Shown piece after piece: positions 29,071-40,146 of a stretch of DNA of 64,000 bases. Both the position numbers and the translations under genes were made by a program. Every line of letters begins with the position of its first letter. Position 1 is the stretch's first letter. Source of the stretch: a virus (taxonomy: Duplodnaviria; Caudoviricetes); the IMG/VR virus record IMGVR_UViG_2061766007_000586, positions 160,001 through 224,000 of that record; one strand, given 5' to 3'. The notes below the pieces were generated by a model. The model was given only the letters and a program-made list of their open reading frames with translations. It was not told the origin of the DNA and made no database searches.

Positions 29071-31065
29071 TCATGTGGTTAGCAGTTTTTGAAGCTCTTG
29101 TTCAGTAATGATAGGAATCTTCAATTTTTCTGCTTTTTTAGTTTTGGATGAAACACGATCATCTTCGCCTTGTACTAGATATGAAGTGTTAGATGACACT
29201 GAGTTCGATACAGTTCCACCAAGGTTTGTAATTTGTTTTTCAATTTCGTGTCGTGGTAAACTTAATTTACCAGTAATGACAAATACTTTTCCTCGAAGAG
29301 CTGTATTAGTAACTTGATGTGAAACAGGATTAATACCTTGCTCAAGCAAAGTTGCAATTAAAGTATCGTTTTTCAGATATTCTTTAATGTTATTTTCCAC
29401 AACAGAATCCGGATTAGTAACTTCATAGTTTTCATAGAAGTCAGCTAAATCATGATACTTAGTTGCAATCGATTTTGCTACAATAGGTCCAACTCCAGAA
29501 ATTCCTAATGCAGTAATCCAATCAGCAAGATCTTTATTTCTTGCATCTTGAATAGACTGATAGATTTTCTGTCCATTGACACCCAAGTAACTTAAATCAT
29601 TTTGTTTCAGGTTAAATAAATCTGAAATGTTCTTTACTTTACCTTGACTGACTAAGTCGTTAGAAATGACATTGCCTATTCCATCAATATCAAGAGCATG
29701 CTTACTTGAAAGATATTCAAGCTGTTCTCTTAATCTTGCAGGACAAGCTTCGTTTGTACATCTCCAAGCAGTCATGCCATCGACACGAGCAATTGGTCCT
29801 CCACAACACGGACATTTATTATTAACATATTCATTGATGTAGAATTTCTGACTATTGCGTGCATGTCGGACTGTTCTAACAACTTGTGGTATTACTTCAC
29901 CCGCTTTTTCAATGACGACTGTATCACCAATGCGGAAGTCATGTAAACGAATCATATCATCGTTGTGCAAAGATGCACGCTTGATAACAGATCCGTCTAG
30001 CGTGACAGGTTCCAATTCAGCCACTGGAGTTAGAACACCAGTTCTACCAACTTGGATTGTAATACCTTTGATTATAGTTTCAATCTGGTTCGGATTGAAT
30101 TTATATGCTTTAGCCCATCTTGGACATTTGGATGTATATCCCATTTTCTCTCTGACGTCATATTCATTAACTTTAATGACAGCGCCGTCAGTTGGAAAAC
30201 TTGCCATATGTCTCATTCTGTCGATAGTAGCAATAGCTTCCAGAATTTGTTGTAACATTTTTTCTGGATTTCTATCATTACAGATATAGATAGGAGCATG
30301 AGCAATTTCAAACTCATCTAACCATGAAAACATTTGACGATGTGTTTCAAATGAAATAAATTCCGTTTGATAGAATAATGCATGGAGTGTTCGATCATTA
30401 AACACATTTTCATCTAAAGATTTTAATGTTCCACTTGCAGCATTTCTTGGATTAGCCAATAATGGTAATCCCTTTGATGCATAGATTTGGTTTGTTTTTT
30501 CAAACTCACTAAATCTCATAAAAACTTCTCCACGAAGTTCTAAATAAGGTGGAACACTTATATATCTAGATGTGTTTAAGTCGAATGGAATATCATGGAC
30601 ATATTTGATATTTGTTGTGACTTCATCACCAACTTGTCCATCACCTCTAGTTACAGCTTTCCATAATTCACCATTCTTATAAATACAGGAGATCGATAAA
30701 CCATCGATTTTGTATTCAACAATAAATGAAGCATATGGATATTCACCTATAACTTTATTGAAGAATTTGATTACATCTTCTTCGTTATAAGTATTCTCTA
30801 AACTAAGCATGGGCTTTAAATGCTTGAGTTCTTTGAATCCTCTAACAAGATCATTTCCTGGCCTTATAGTCGGAGAATCAAATCTTTTCAATTGAGGATA
30901 TTCGTGTTCAAGAGCATCAAGCTCTTGTAGTTTTTGATCGAACTCTTGATCGGATATTTTTGAAACATGATCTTTGTAATACGATTCACTACAATCGATT
31001 AGAAAGTCAGTTAATTCATTCATCCGAGTCGAGATCGTAGTCAAATCCGTCTTCGTCGACATCAC
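29071..31065 (-). CDS. ligA: NAD-dependent DNA ligase
   Basis: EYKIDG adenylation motif, TRGDG, NPRNAASG, QVGRTG, zinc finger, HhH and BRCT domains. Confidence 0.97.
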   Translation of the reverse strand: MMSTKTDLTTISTRMNELTDFLIDCSESYYKDHVSKISDQEFDQKLQELDALEHEYPQLKRFDSPTIRPGNDLVRGFKELKHLKPMLSLENTYNEEDVIKFFNKVIGEYPYASFIVEYKIDGLSISCIYKNGELWKAVTRGDGQVGDEVTTNIKYVHDIPFDLNTSRYISVPPYLELRGEVFMRFSEFEKTNQIYASKGLPLLANPRNAASGTLKSLDENVFNDRTLHALFYQTEFISFETHRQMFSWLDEFEIAHAPIYICNDRNPEKMLQQILEAIATIDRMRHMASFPTDGAVIKVNEYDVREKMGYTSKCPRWAKAYKFNPNQIETIIKGITIQVGRTGVLTPVAELEPVTLDGSVIKRASLHNDDMIRLHDFRIGDTVVIEKAGEVIPQVVRTVRHARNSQKFYINEYVNNKCPCCGGPIARVDGMTAWRCTNEACPARLREQLEYLSSKHALDIDGIGNVISNDLVSQGKVKNISDLFNLKQNDLSYLGVNGQKIYQSIQDARNKDLADWITALGISGVGPIVAKSIATKYHDLADFYENYEVTNPDSVVENNIKEYLKNDTLIATLLEQGINPVSHQVTNTALRGKVFVITGKLSLPRHEIEKQITNLGGTVSNSVSSNTSYLVQGEDDRVSSKTKKAEKLKIPIITEQELQKLLTT

Positions 31066-31360
31066 TATCCTCCTCTAGATCTCCAGATTCATCAGAATCA
31101 TCTTCGTCTGAATCATCAAGTAATGATTGATCGTTTTCACTTAAACTATCAATATCGATATCATCGATATCTTCAGCTAATTCCGAATCATCATAAGTAT
31201 CGATTGGATCTTGTATGGCTGTTACTTGAACTTCTTTCTTCACATCCATGTTTTCCATATCTTGAGATGTTGAAATTTTTCTAAGAGGAATATGTTGACT
31301 TGTGTATACCTGATCAGAAGGTAATTGATCCAAAGAGATTAACGGTAACTCTTCGTACAT
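31016..31360 (-). CDS. Highly acidic small protein
   Basis: AGGAG RBS; D/E-rich C-terminal half. Confidence 0.55.
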   Translation of the reverse strand: MYEELPLISLDQLPSDQVYTSQHIPLRKISTSQDMENMDVKKEVQVTAIQDPIDTYDDSELAEDIDDIDIDSLSENDQSLLDDSDEDDSDESGDLEEDSDVDEDGFDYDLDSDE

Positions 31361-31372
31361 AATTGGGTCTCC

Positions 31373-32764
31373 TTAATTACGCCAATTGTTTCTCCATCTA
31401 TTCGTTCCAGTGTAGACAGAGTTTCTATTATAGGTATAGGAACTATTTGCATTCATAGTTTCAGGCTGTCCTGTTGAATTAGGATCAATAGGAGCATCTT
31501 TACGATAACACCATGCTGAAAGTCCATGAACAGTTCCATTGAATTTTTGTGCTAATTCATCTGGAGTAAGATGATTCTTTTCCAGTGAATAGATTCTAAA
31601 ACGATACCAACCAGAAGATGACATAGACCAGAAAATTGCTAATTCAAAATCTGCTATCATGTTGGTACTATAGAACGCTTCAATTGTCCATAAAGGACTA
31701 TTGATAAAGAATGCTGACATACCTTCAAAAGTACCAGCCCATCCAGACATACGAATTAATGATGCAAGTCCGCTATATGCATAACGCTGAACAAGAGGAT
31801 CAGATTTATGCATAGCTTCAATTTGACTTACATAATCTTCTTCTACTGGTGGCTCTGGAGTTCTTTCCGGAAGAATAACAGGAAGTTCTTGTAAAGAACA
31901 GCTACAACCTGCGGCTGAAGTATGTCCTGCACCTCCAAGTTTATTTGCTAACTTGTTGCAATCGATGTCACTATCAGTGTCAGTATAGAAAGAACATCTG
32001 TACTTCAGAATAGGTGTATTATATCCGTAAGTACAAAGAAGTTTGTGAGTCTCATCTTTGATAGGATCTAATACTTTCGAAGATGTGTTTCTCATATTGA
32101 TTGCGACAGCAGGAATGTCAAAGATCTTTGTTTTGAATCCGTTATATTGACATAAGAGTTTATTTCTTACATCAATGTAACTCTCGATTCTCCTACCCAT
32201 ATTAATAAGAGAATCAATAAATACATTGTCTTGAAAGAGCTTCTTGCATAAAGGTCCACTTGCATAAGAAGGAAGGATGTTGTATAAGCCTAATCCATAA
32301 TTGAATGCAAGTGTTTCAGCATGCTTGAATTCCCAAATATCGTAATCTGAAACATATTCAACTAATCTTGGAACTGGTTCATTTGGGAATAAGTATTTCC
32401 AAGTTAGATAACAACCAGCTCCTTCTGTACTACGATATCCCTCAAGCTCTTGAAATTCTGCATAGGCAGGATCTAAGTAGACTTGATGGTGGTCAATCCA
32501 GATTACTGTATTAAAATCACACAGTTTTCTCATTTCTTCTACAGGAAGAGAAAAGTCTGTAATGAATACAATAGATCCTTTTGGGATTTGGAAGTAATTG
32601 ATTTGCTTACCATGATTGGTTGCAATAGTCATAACGTCTCTGAAGAAACGTTTGCAGATAAGACCTGATACAGCTCCATCAGCATCAGCAGAATGGGTAA
32701 TGTTTACAATTGGTTGTTCAGGTGATAAGATTAAATTTTTATGAAAATCGATACGGTCTGACAT
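31373..32764 (-). CDS. DHH-family phosphoesterase
   Basis: HSADADG, TDFS, WIDHH and GGAGHTSAAG (DHHA1) motifs. Confidence 0.88.
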   Translation of the reverse strand: MSDRIDFHKNLILSPEQPIVNITHSADADGAVSGLICKRFFRDVMTIATNHGKQINYFQIPKGSIVFITDFSLPVEEMRKLCDFNTVIWIDHHQVYLDPAYAEFQELEGYRSTEGAGCYLTWKYLFPNEPVPRLVEYVSDYDIWEFKHAETLAFNYGLGLYNILPSYASGPLCKKLFQDNVFIDSLINMGRRIESYIDVRNKLLCQYNGFKTKIFDIPAVAINMRNTSSKVLDPIKDETHKLLCTYGYNTPILKYRCSFYTDTDSDIDCNKLANKLGGAGHTSAAGCSCSLQELPVILPERTPEPPVEEDYVSQIEAMHKSDPLVQRYAYSGLASLIRMSGWAGTFEGMSAFFINSPLWTIEAFYSTNMIADFELAIFWSMSSSGWYRFRIYSLEKNHLTPDELAQKFNGTVHGLSAWCYRKDAPIDPNSTGQPETMNANSSYTYNRNSVYTGTNRWRNNWRN

Positions 32765-32810
32765 AGTTTAACTCCTTGTAGTTTTTCAGCATTAAATACT
32801 GTGTATAAAA

Positions 32811-32818
32811 GTAATATA
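32811..32818 (-). promoter_or_regulatory. phiKZ-type early promoter motif (TATATTAC)
   Basis: Exact TATATTAC upstream of the DHH gene; the same motif occurs at 54074 and 63731, with variants elsewhere. Confidence 0.6.
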
Positions 32819-32851
32819 TGTACAAATAAAAAATGATATCATCACTGGAGT

Positions 32852-33742
32852 TTAAACTCCAGTGATGTCATTAATCGTCAAATCAATGTTCTTCTTATAA
32901 ATAGAAGGACGTTTAGGGCAATTGATAAACTGTACGACAGGTGTCTCATCACATGTAATAAGACTAATACTATTTACTTCATGTCTCTGTTGCGGTGAAT
33001 GAATAAACTTGGGTTTGATTTCTTCATTACCAACAACAATCGTTCCATGAACGGCATTAGTATCTTTAAAATATGCTTTACCTTGTACAATTACAAGTGC
33101 ATCTTTTTCTACTACAATTGTTCTTGCGTTTCCTGCAACAGGAATGTAAAGAATTCCCCCACTCTTGACATAGATCTTAGATACATGTCCTAAGATCTTA
33201 CAGAATCCACCACGTTCAACCATGATTCTTTCACCAGAATCTATGATACCTACACCATTTGCACAAACGGTTATATTCCTTGCTTTAGTAAGGTGAGCAG
33301 TTCCATAGATTTTAGTTCTTTCACATTGACGTGCTGAAACATTTGTATTAATTGCTACAATTGCATCTTGCACTTTTCTATAAATGTATGTAGCATTATC
33401 TGGAAGCACTCCTGTAACTGGATCTGCTCCTGCTATCGCAACTAATGCATGATCGTTCATTGTGATATATCCTCCATTTTCATGGATGATAGCTGCACCA
33501 CCACAAACTTCAATACGACTAGTTGGTTTAGCATCGATAACATTCATTCCGCCAAAAACCTTTACCAGACCATGGTTGTCTACACAAATGTTTGATTCTC
33601 CGTCTCTGCAAAATACGGTGCCATGAGCAGTTACATAACCGGAGAATGTCCCTCCACAAACTTCGACTTCTGCATCTGCTGCTACTACGGCTTCATTGAA
33701 TCCTTTTCTGAAAATTGTACGACCTGCAACAAGTGTTTCCAT
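32852..33742 (-). CDS. Beta-helix (AIDA-repeat-like) protein
   Basis: Repeats such as VCGG, IHENGGYI, VERGG and VKSGGILY. Confidence 0.55.
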   Translation of the reverse strand: METLVAGRTIFRKGFNEAVVAADAEVEVCGGTFSGYVTAHGTVFCRDGESNICVDNHGLVKVFGGMNVIDAKPTSRIEVCGGAAIIHENGGYITMNDHALVAIAGADPVTGVLPDNATYIYRKVQDAIVAINTNVSARQCERTKIYGTAHLTKARNITVCANGVGIIDSGERIMVERGGFCKILGHVSKIYVKSGGILYIPVAGNARTIVVEKDALVIVQGKAYFKDTNAVHGTIVVGNEEIKPKFIHSPQQRHEVNSISLITCDETPVVQFINCPKRPSIYKKNIDLTINDITGV

Positions 33743-33948
33743 ATATACTCCTTTTTTTAAAATTGTTAACAGAAAAACAGGACCTCACTTTGTGAGGTCC
33801 TTTAGAAGAAAAATGAAAGAGTCATTGAAACAAACATGGAAAATCAATGACGCTTGCAATAATGATGTTTTTTAGAGAAACTAAAACTCTAACTTCTTTT
33901 CTTTCATCATTCTAACTATTATTTATATAATAGTTATATATGCATAAT

Positions 33949-34509
33949 TTATTTTTGATTTTCCAGATTAAGACGTTCCAGATGAATTTCCAAAACTTTA
34001 CAACCATGATGGAAGAAAGAGAACATTGTTGGATTCCATGGCCAACAATCTAATTTTTCTACTTCTCTCATAGTGATAGGTTTTTTATATTTTTTAATAT
34101 TGAATGCTCTATGATTCATAATAGCTTTTTTGTATCCTTGTAAGATAACCATGTTATCTAGTAAAGCTCCTTCATAGATATCATAAAGATCATTAAATTG
34201 TTTCAATGCTGTATCAACAGGATAATTAAAACCGATAAATACTAACATGGAAGTAGTAGCTACAATGTATTCTCTTACTTCACAAATATCGGTTAAATAT
34301 GTATTCATTTCATGCAGCTTTTTCATACCAGCTGCTGTCATTTTTCCATTCGGATCACCGTTCTTTTGAAAATAAATAATATTGTTAATTGGTTCAATCC
34401 ATGTATAAACCAATTTCGTATACTTTTGTAATAATGCTTTGTAATCTTTTTGGAGAGGCAATCTTTCTTGCCTTTTCATGAGTTGCATAAGTTTTTTCTT
34501 AACTGTCAT
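33949..34509 (-). CDS. Hypothetical protein
   Basis: 186-aa ORF with an RBS. Confidence 0.55.
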   Translation of the reverse strand: MTVKKKLMQLMKRQERLPLQKDYKALLQKYTKLVYTWIEPINNIIYFQKNGDPNGKMTAAGMKKLHEMNTYLTDICEVREYIVATTSMLVFIGFNYPVDTALKQFNDLYDIYEGALLDNMVILQGYKKAIMNHRAFNIKKYKKPITMREVEKLDCWPWNPTMFSFFHHGCKVLEIHLERLNLENQK

Positions 34510-34537
34510 TTGAGCAAAATTCCTTATTGTTTGGCTA

Positions 34538-34547
34538 GCATTTTATG
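34538..34547 (+). promoter_or_regulatory. Candidate late promoter GCATTTTATG
   Basis: Identical at 46057 and similar at 12962 and 43415, all upstream of structural or tail-associated genes; contains the phiKZ late TATG core. Confidence 0.5.
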
Positions 34548-34586
34548 CTTTGAACGCTTTTAATATTAATGTAAAGGACGATTTTT

Positions 34587-37478
34587 ATGGCTAATAGAAC
34601 ATCAATTAATGGTCCTACAAGAAATCCTTTTGGAGTATCATTTATCCAAACTGCGTCTGGAGCAACAATAACTGGTGAAATTAAACGTTATCTTACTTAC
34701 CAAGAAATGGTAAGTGATCCAGCACCAGCTCGTTTAGCTACAGTTGCAAACGGATCTCATGATGATCCTGAAGTTTATACGGTACCAGAAGAACACATCG
34801 GTGGTGTTCTTTATCAAAGAGATTTTGTCACCAATACTTGGGTACTTCTCTATACAGAGAAATCTCTTGCAGTTCCTACTTACATTGAATGGAATTATAT
34901 CCTCAATGTTCCACCATGGGTTGGTGGTGTAACTCACAATCGTAAGAAACTGGTTGAAGATACAGTAGCAGAACTTAGAACTACATATTATTCATTTGAT
35001 AATTTTAAACTTATTATTCCTCCTGCTTCGACCAAAGGTGTCGAACTGGGAGAAGAAATAGTTTTAGAGCAATATAGTGGATATGGTGCTATCATTATTC
35101 CGTATGAAGAGGGTGATATCACTACCACAACTGCTGAAATTATTACTGATAACGATACTGGTAAAACCTATCAGGTTATTTATACCTACGCTCCTGCGAC
35201 TGCTACAGATCTTGGAGATGACGAGCATTCTCTGTTATTAAATGGGCATGCTTATGTTTTTCATTTAATCTGCACAGAAGATGATGATGGACTTCGTTAT
35301 TGGTCTTTAATTACAACTGGTGATCAAGCTTGCGATATGGCTCAAGAGCTCCATAAAGAATATACTGATCACTTGTTAGATCCAAATCCTCATAACCAGT
35401 ATTTAAGAAGAGTAGAGCTTGGTAAATATATCACAGCTGCTACTCCTGAAATTCCTGGCTATATTCGTTTAGCTGTTGAAACAGATCTTGGCGGTGATAA
35501 TAATACAAAAGCTATCACTCCTTATCTGTTAACGCAATACGTATCTCAAGTTCTTACAGTTGATTCCGATTTATGGAAAGAATATGTGGATAATAAATTC
35601 AATATTCTTCGTGTTGATTTAGATGATCATATCAATAACACTGATATTCATGTGACATTGGATGATAAAAACAGATGGAATTCCTTAACTCAAATTGCAC
35701 ATGATGCAGGTGATATGTCATATCACCTTACAGATCCACTTGCTCATTATGATTTATTTGCTACAAAAGCAGATTTAAATCATAATCACATCCCATCAGA
35801 ACAAGAGCAAGCAAATCTTGCTGTAAATGTACACAATGATAGTGAAAACGCGCATACTGCTTTATTTGCTAAAAAGCAAGATGTATTAACATTTGTTCAA
35901 GGTGAAGGAATACAGATCAATACTGTTGGTAATAAAGTTACTATTAGTTGTACTGTTATTCCAACTGCTCCATCCGAACCAGATAAAGATACAACTTATT
36001 CTGCTGGAACTTACATTAACATTACAAATGATAATGTGATCAATAGCTCTTTAGTTGCAGGAAAGTATGTTATTATCGCACCAGCGTTTGATGAAGACGG
36101 TGATCCTATTTACGATCAGGTTGGTCCGGACGCAACTTACAAAATTACGGTTACAGAAGCATCAGCTACACAAAAAGGTGTAACACAGTTAGTTACTGCA
36201 ATTGATGATTCAAATAAAGATAATTTTGATTCAGCAGTGACTCCTGGCGCTTTAACAAATTTATTCTCTCTTTATGAGCATATCAGTGAACGTTTTGGAG
36301 CCAAGGACGCAAATGGTTTAAGAACTATAGATTCGTCTGGTTGGGTTAAATTTCCATCTATGTCAAGTCGTATTTATCCTGGTAAGTGTCTTGCTGTTGC
36401 CTGGGGTATTTCTCCAATTTATTATGATTCAGAATTAAATAGTCCACTTCAGTTTAGCTTAGAACTTGATGGATGCTGCAAATTCTATCGCCTTATTTAT
36501 CCTATATTTGACTTCGTTCCGCTAACTAACAAAAGTGGTAATAAGCTTATTGCCAAAAAATTTGACGGAACTGAAGAAGAATTTACTAGTGCTTACAAAT
36601 GGAGCGATGTGGATATGCATATCCATTACCCTGACGATGGTATATATGGTAAAGTAGCTTCTACTGATTCAGATAAGAATCCAGATGTTTCTGCTATAAC
36701 AAAAATCTTACTTTATATGCAAGATGATACTAATAAAAAACGTTTGTTTAGACTTCGTTGGATGATCATTGGATATACATCTGCATTTGCTGATGAAGTT
36801 TGGGACATTACTCCGACTGTAGCAGTAAAATGCAATCGTGATTGTAGCGGTAACAATGGTAATTATTGGTGGGAGAAAGCATTAACATCTAATTACAAAA
36901 TGTTCAGTTCAGATGACATTGATTATATTGCTCCAAAAGGTTGGATGCAAGCATATCGAGATGTCGGTGATCATTGGCAAATTGAAATAAGTGTTACTTG
37001 GACAATACAGCGTAAAGATAAGGATACTACAAGCGGTAAAAAATATCGAATCAATGGTAAAAACGGTATCCAAGTTGGTGCTATTGCTACTATAGAAAGT
37101 AGATATAAAGATTCGAAAAAAGCTCAAACAAAAGTTGCTATTATTCTAAATGGTGCTGTAATAGATATGGCAACTAAGAAAATCACAGGTATTCAAGTTC
37201 GTTTTATTAACGTTGCTCAAAGCAATACTAATGTTGCTAAAACATATACATCGATAGATATGGGTAACGTTAATGAAAGCAAGAAATTGATTAACATTAA
37301 TGCTTCAGCTGGTCAGATTGAACCAAAATCTAGAAGAACCAATGGATATATATCGACTTCTTATACAGACAATGCTATTCAACTCAAAATGTATATTGAA
37401 GGATGGTCGCAGCATGATGGGGTTACTTATCGCTGTTCGTATAGTCCTAATGATTTGATAACATTAACATATAGTTAA
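34587..37478 (+). CDS. Tail fibre protein 1
   Basis: DPNPHNQYL, ATPEIPGYIRLA, ASATQKGVTQL and AVTP tail-fibre repeats. Confidence 0.8.
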   Translation: MANRTSINGPTRNPFGVSFIQTASGATITGEIKRYLTYQEMVSDPAPARLATVANGSHDDPEVYTVPEEHIGGVLYQRDFVTNTWVLLYTEKSLAVPTYIEWNYILNVPPWVGGVTHNRKKLVEDTVAELRTTYYSFDNFKLIIPPASTKGVELGEEIVLEQYSGYGAIIIPYEEGDITTTTAEIITDNDTGKTYQVIYTYAPATATDLGDDEHSLLLNGHAYVFHLICTEDDDGLRYWSLITTGDQACDMAQELHKEYTDHLLDPNPHNQYLRRVELGKYITAATPEIPGYIRLAVETDLGGDNNTKAITPYLLTQYVSQVLTVDSDLWKEYVDNKFNILRVDLDDHINNTDIHVTLDDKNRWNSLTQIAHDAGDMSYHLTDPLAHYDLFATKADLNHNHIPSEQEQANLAVNVHNDSENAHTALFAKKQDVLTFVQGEGIQINTVGNKVTISCTVIPTAPSEPDKDTTYSAGTYINITNDNVINSSLVAGKYVIIAPAFDEDGDPIYDQVGPDATYKITVTEASATQKGVTQLVTAIDDSNKDNFDSAVTPGALTNLFSLYEHISERFGAKDANGLRTIDSSGWVKFPSMSSRIYPGKCLAVAWGISPIYYDSELNSPLQFSLELDGCCKFYRLIYPIFDFVPLTNKSGNKLIAKKFDGTEEEFTSAYKWSDVDMHIHYPDDGIYGKVASTDSDKNPDVSAITKILLYMQDDTNKKRLFRLRWMIIGYTSAFADEVWDITPTVAVKCNRDCSGNNGNYWWEKALTSNYKMFSSDDIDYIAPKGWMQAYRDVGDHWQIEISVTWTIQRKDKDTTSGKKYRINGKNGIQVGAIATIESRYKDSKKAQTKVAIILNGAVIDMATKKITGIQVRFINVAQSNTNVAKTYTSIDMGNVNESKKLININASAGQIEPKSRRTNGYISTSYTDNAIQLKMYIEGWSQHDGVTYRCSYSPNDLITLTYS

Positions 37479-37491
37479 GGGTTTAGTTACT

Positions 37492-40131
37492 ATGCCTTTT
37501 AGTAATCTTTCCAATATATCTAATTTGATGGTACCTCCAACTACAACCATGTCAGCACATGTAGAAGCAGCAAATCCGCATCCAATGTATCTGCTAACTT
37601 CAAGTCTAGTAGATGCAGTAAGTGCTAAGATCACTGTTGATTGTCTGAATGATGTTCATGTTGAAGATGTATCTATGTTAGATAGTACTGTACTATTTCA
37701 TAGTGCAGGTGTGTGGCAACCGCTTCCGGTTGCCACACTTCTTTCTGGTGTTAGAGTAGGTTATGCTACAACAGTTGAATCAGGTATTGTAAGACTAGCC
37801 ACTTATAATGACATCAGTGTTAAAAACAGCATTGCTGCTGTTACTCCTAATCTTCTTGTGGACTATGTCTCAGAAGCATTAGTTCCTGTTAATTCTACAA
37901 TCTCTTCTATCCAGTATGCAGTGGATCATTTATCTACTCCATATGCTACTACTGATGCAAGTGGTGTTGTGAAATTAGCAGTTTATCCTGATATTGCTGG
38001 TAATAATTCTTCTACAGTTATTACTCCTAATTTATTAAAAGAATATGTGACTTCTGCTATTATTAATTTTAATGGTACACTTGAAATTCCTACAGTGGCT
38101 AATGCGACAACTACTGAAAACGGTATTGTTCGCTTAGCTACATTAGACGATGTTTCAAATACAAATCTTACCATTGAAGATCCGATAGTAGTTACTCCAC
38201 CTATTCTTGATGCTTATGTTCAAACTAGTGTAAGTGTTATTAATAACAATATCGCTTTAAAGCAGGATAAGCTTTCTGCGGGTACTGGCATTGAAATTGT
38301 ATCTATGTCAAATGGTACACCTGTTTATCCTCAGGTTATCAATTGTACAGTTTCCTATCATCCTGGTACTGGTATTGATATTGATGGAAATAATAGTATT
38401 CATTGTACTATAACATCAAAAGAATATCATCCAGGAAGTAATATTGATATTGATTCCAATGATTCAATTCATTGTACATATGTACCTCCGAATGCTACTA
38501 CGACTATAGCTGGTATTGTAAAATTAATTGATAGTCTTCCGTGTAATGATTCTGATTTGCATACTGCTGCGATTACTCCTGGCGCTTTAGTTGATAGCAC
38601 TATAAGTGGAGTAATTAACAAAACATGGAGACCTGTTAGTGATGGAAAATTTCAATTAGGTCGTGGAGATGCTACTATTACAGATGGCTGTTTGAAATTT
38701 CCATTCTTACGTACCGGATCATTATGCTTAGCTATGGTTTGGGGAAGAACTGATCTGATACGAAATGAAAAAACATGCATGTATGACATTGATATTCGTA
38801 GCGTTGGACAAGATAAATTGTACGATGTTATTACAGTGAATTTTAATGTTGAGCCATATGGTGGTCCTGAAGCATATGTAAGAAGCAAGAGTGGAAATAT
38901 GTCAGGTACTATAAGTTATGGCGGTGTAAATTATGATCGTAATGATGCTTCATATTTCGCTACAGCCGATACTACAACTAGTAGTGTAAATACCATGGCA
39001 AGTGGCGTACACTTTATTGTAGATCCAAATGATATTGAATCACCTTATACTCCAATTGATTCTACAAGAATTAATATAACTGGTAGAGGTGATGCTGAGT
39101 ATCAACTCGGATCTAAGAATAATCAACAAAATTTTGAATTAGATAATGTAGTCGTACAGTACGCTGGTGCAATACATACTTCACGCGTAAATAGTTATGG
39201 TAAAGGTTATCTCATAAGAGGTATTGAAAGTATAAGTAATCCTGTTACACATCTTAGAACAGTTTTAAACCATATTAACACTAGCGCACATCGAACATGG
39301 TTTTACGCACATTGGTGGGTGCTTGGATTTACAACTGTTTCTGCTAGTGTATGGAATGCAAATGAAGTACCTTTACCTGATGTTTGGGAATATGTTGATC
39401 ACGTGAGTGATGTTACAACAACTCTTCGTCATGTACCTGGTGAATTGATTGCTAAAGCTTATGCTGCAGCTAATTTCAATGAATCAGTTTTAATTAATGT
39501 ATTTAATAATAGGGTAACTACTGATAATCCTGACGATCCTGAGTTACTATATAGATGCACTAATGAGAAAGCTGGTGATTATAATGAACTTGCTTTCTTA
39601 GCACCATATTGGTCTATTAAACGTGTTGTTGGTGATTATAAGTTAGGTGGTTATTATAAATGTCCAGGATTCCATTTGTATTTATATGCAGAAACGAATG
39701 CTAGAAAAGATTATTATCCTCCACCGACAACTACTATAGTGTTTGATGATAATACGCGAATTGACATGGCAACGTGTCAATTAATCGATGTTTTAGTTAA
39801 TAATGTTCGTAAAACATTTACATTCGGAAATGCTGGTCTTCATGTTGATGTTGCCGATTGGACTGCTGCATATTCATCAAATACTGCTGCAGTATTGAAC
39901 GAATATGCATATAACGGAGAAGCAACATTAGATTTTCAGCAAAACAGTGGTCCTGATTATGAAGGTAGAAACGTTGGATTGTATTTATCATACACTGGAG
40001 ATTACATTATATTCCGTGGAGCTGCTAAAGCATATGGTGAAGAAACAAATTATGCTCGAGTTGTTGTAGATTACCCCAAGAATATTAATTTCAAATATTA
40101 TTATTCTGAAAAAGTTAAAAAGACAACTTAA
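37492..40131 (+). CDS. Tail fibre protein 2
   Basis: ANPHPMYL, multiple ATT..GIVRLA / AVTP repeats, KQDKLSAGTGI. Confidence 0.85.
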   Translation: MPFSNLSNISNLMVPPTTTMSAHVEAANPHPMYLLTSSLVDAVSAKITVDCLNDVHVEDVSMLDSTVLFHSAGVWQPLPVATLLSGVRVGYATTVESGIVRLATYNDISVKNSIAAVTPNLLVDYVSEALVPVNSTISSIQYAVDHLSTPYATTDASGVVKLAVYPDIAGNNSSTVITPNLLKEYVTSAIINFNGTLEIPTVANATTTENGIVRLATLDDVSNTNLTIEDPIVVTPPILDAYVQTSVSVINNNIALKQDKLSAGTGIEIVSMSNGTPVYPQVINCTVSYHPGTGIDIDGNNSIHCTITSKEYHPGSNIDIDSNDSIHCTYVPPNATTTIAGIVKLIDSLPCNDSDLHTAAITPGALVDSTISGVINKTWRPVSDGKFQLGRGDATITDGCLKFPFLRTGSLCLAMVWGRTDLIRNEKTCMYDIDIRSVGQDKLYDVITVNFNVEPYGGPEAYVRSKSGNMSGTISYGGVNYDRNDASYFATADTTTSSVNTMASGVHFIVDPNDIESPYTPIDSTRINITGRGDAEYQLGSKNNQQNFELDNVVVQYAGAIHTSRVNSYGKGYLIRGIESISNPVTHLRTVLNHINTSAHRTWFYAHWWVLGFTTVSASVWNANEVPLPDVWEYVDHVSDVTTTLRHVPGELIAKAYAAANFNESVLINVFNNRVTTDNPDDPELLYRCTNEKAGDYNELAFLAPYWSIKRVVGDYKLGGYYKCPGFHLYLYAETNARKDYYPPPTTTIVFDDNTRIDMATCQLIDVLVNNVRKTFTFGNAGLHVDVADWTAAYSSNTAAVLNEYAYNGEATLDFQQNSGPDYEGRNVGLYLSYTGDYIIFRGAAKAYGEETNYARVVVDYPKNINFKYYYSEKVKKTT

Positions 40132-40146
40132 TTTAAGGTATAAATC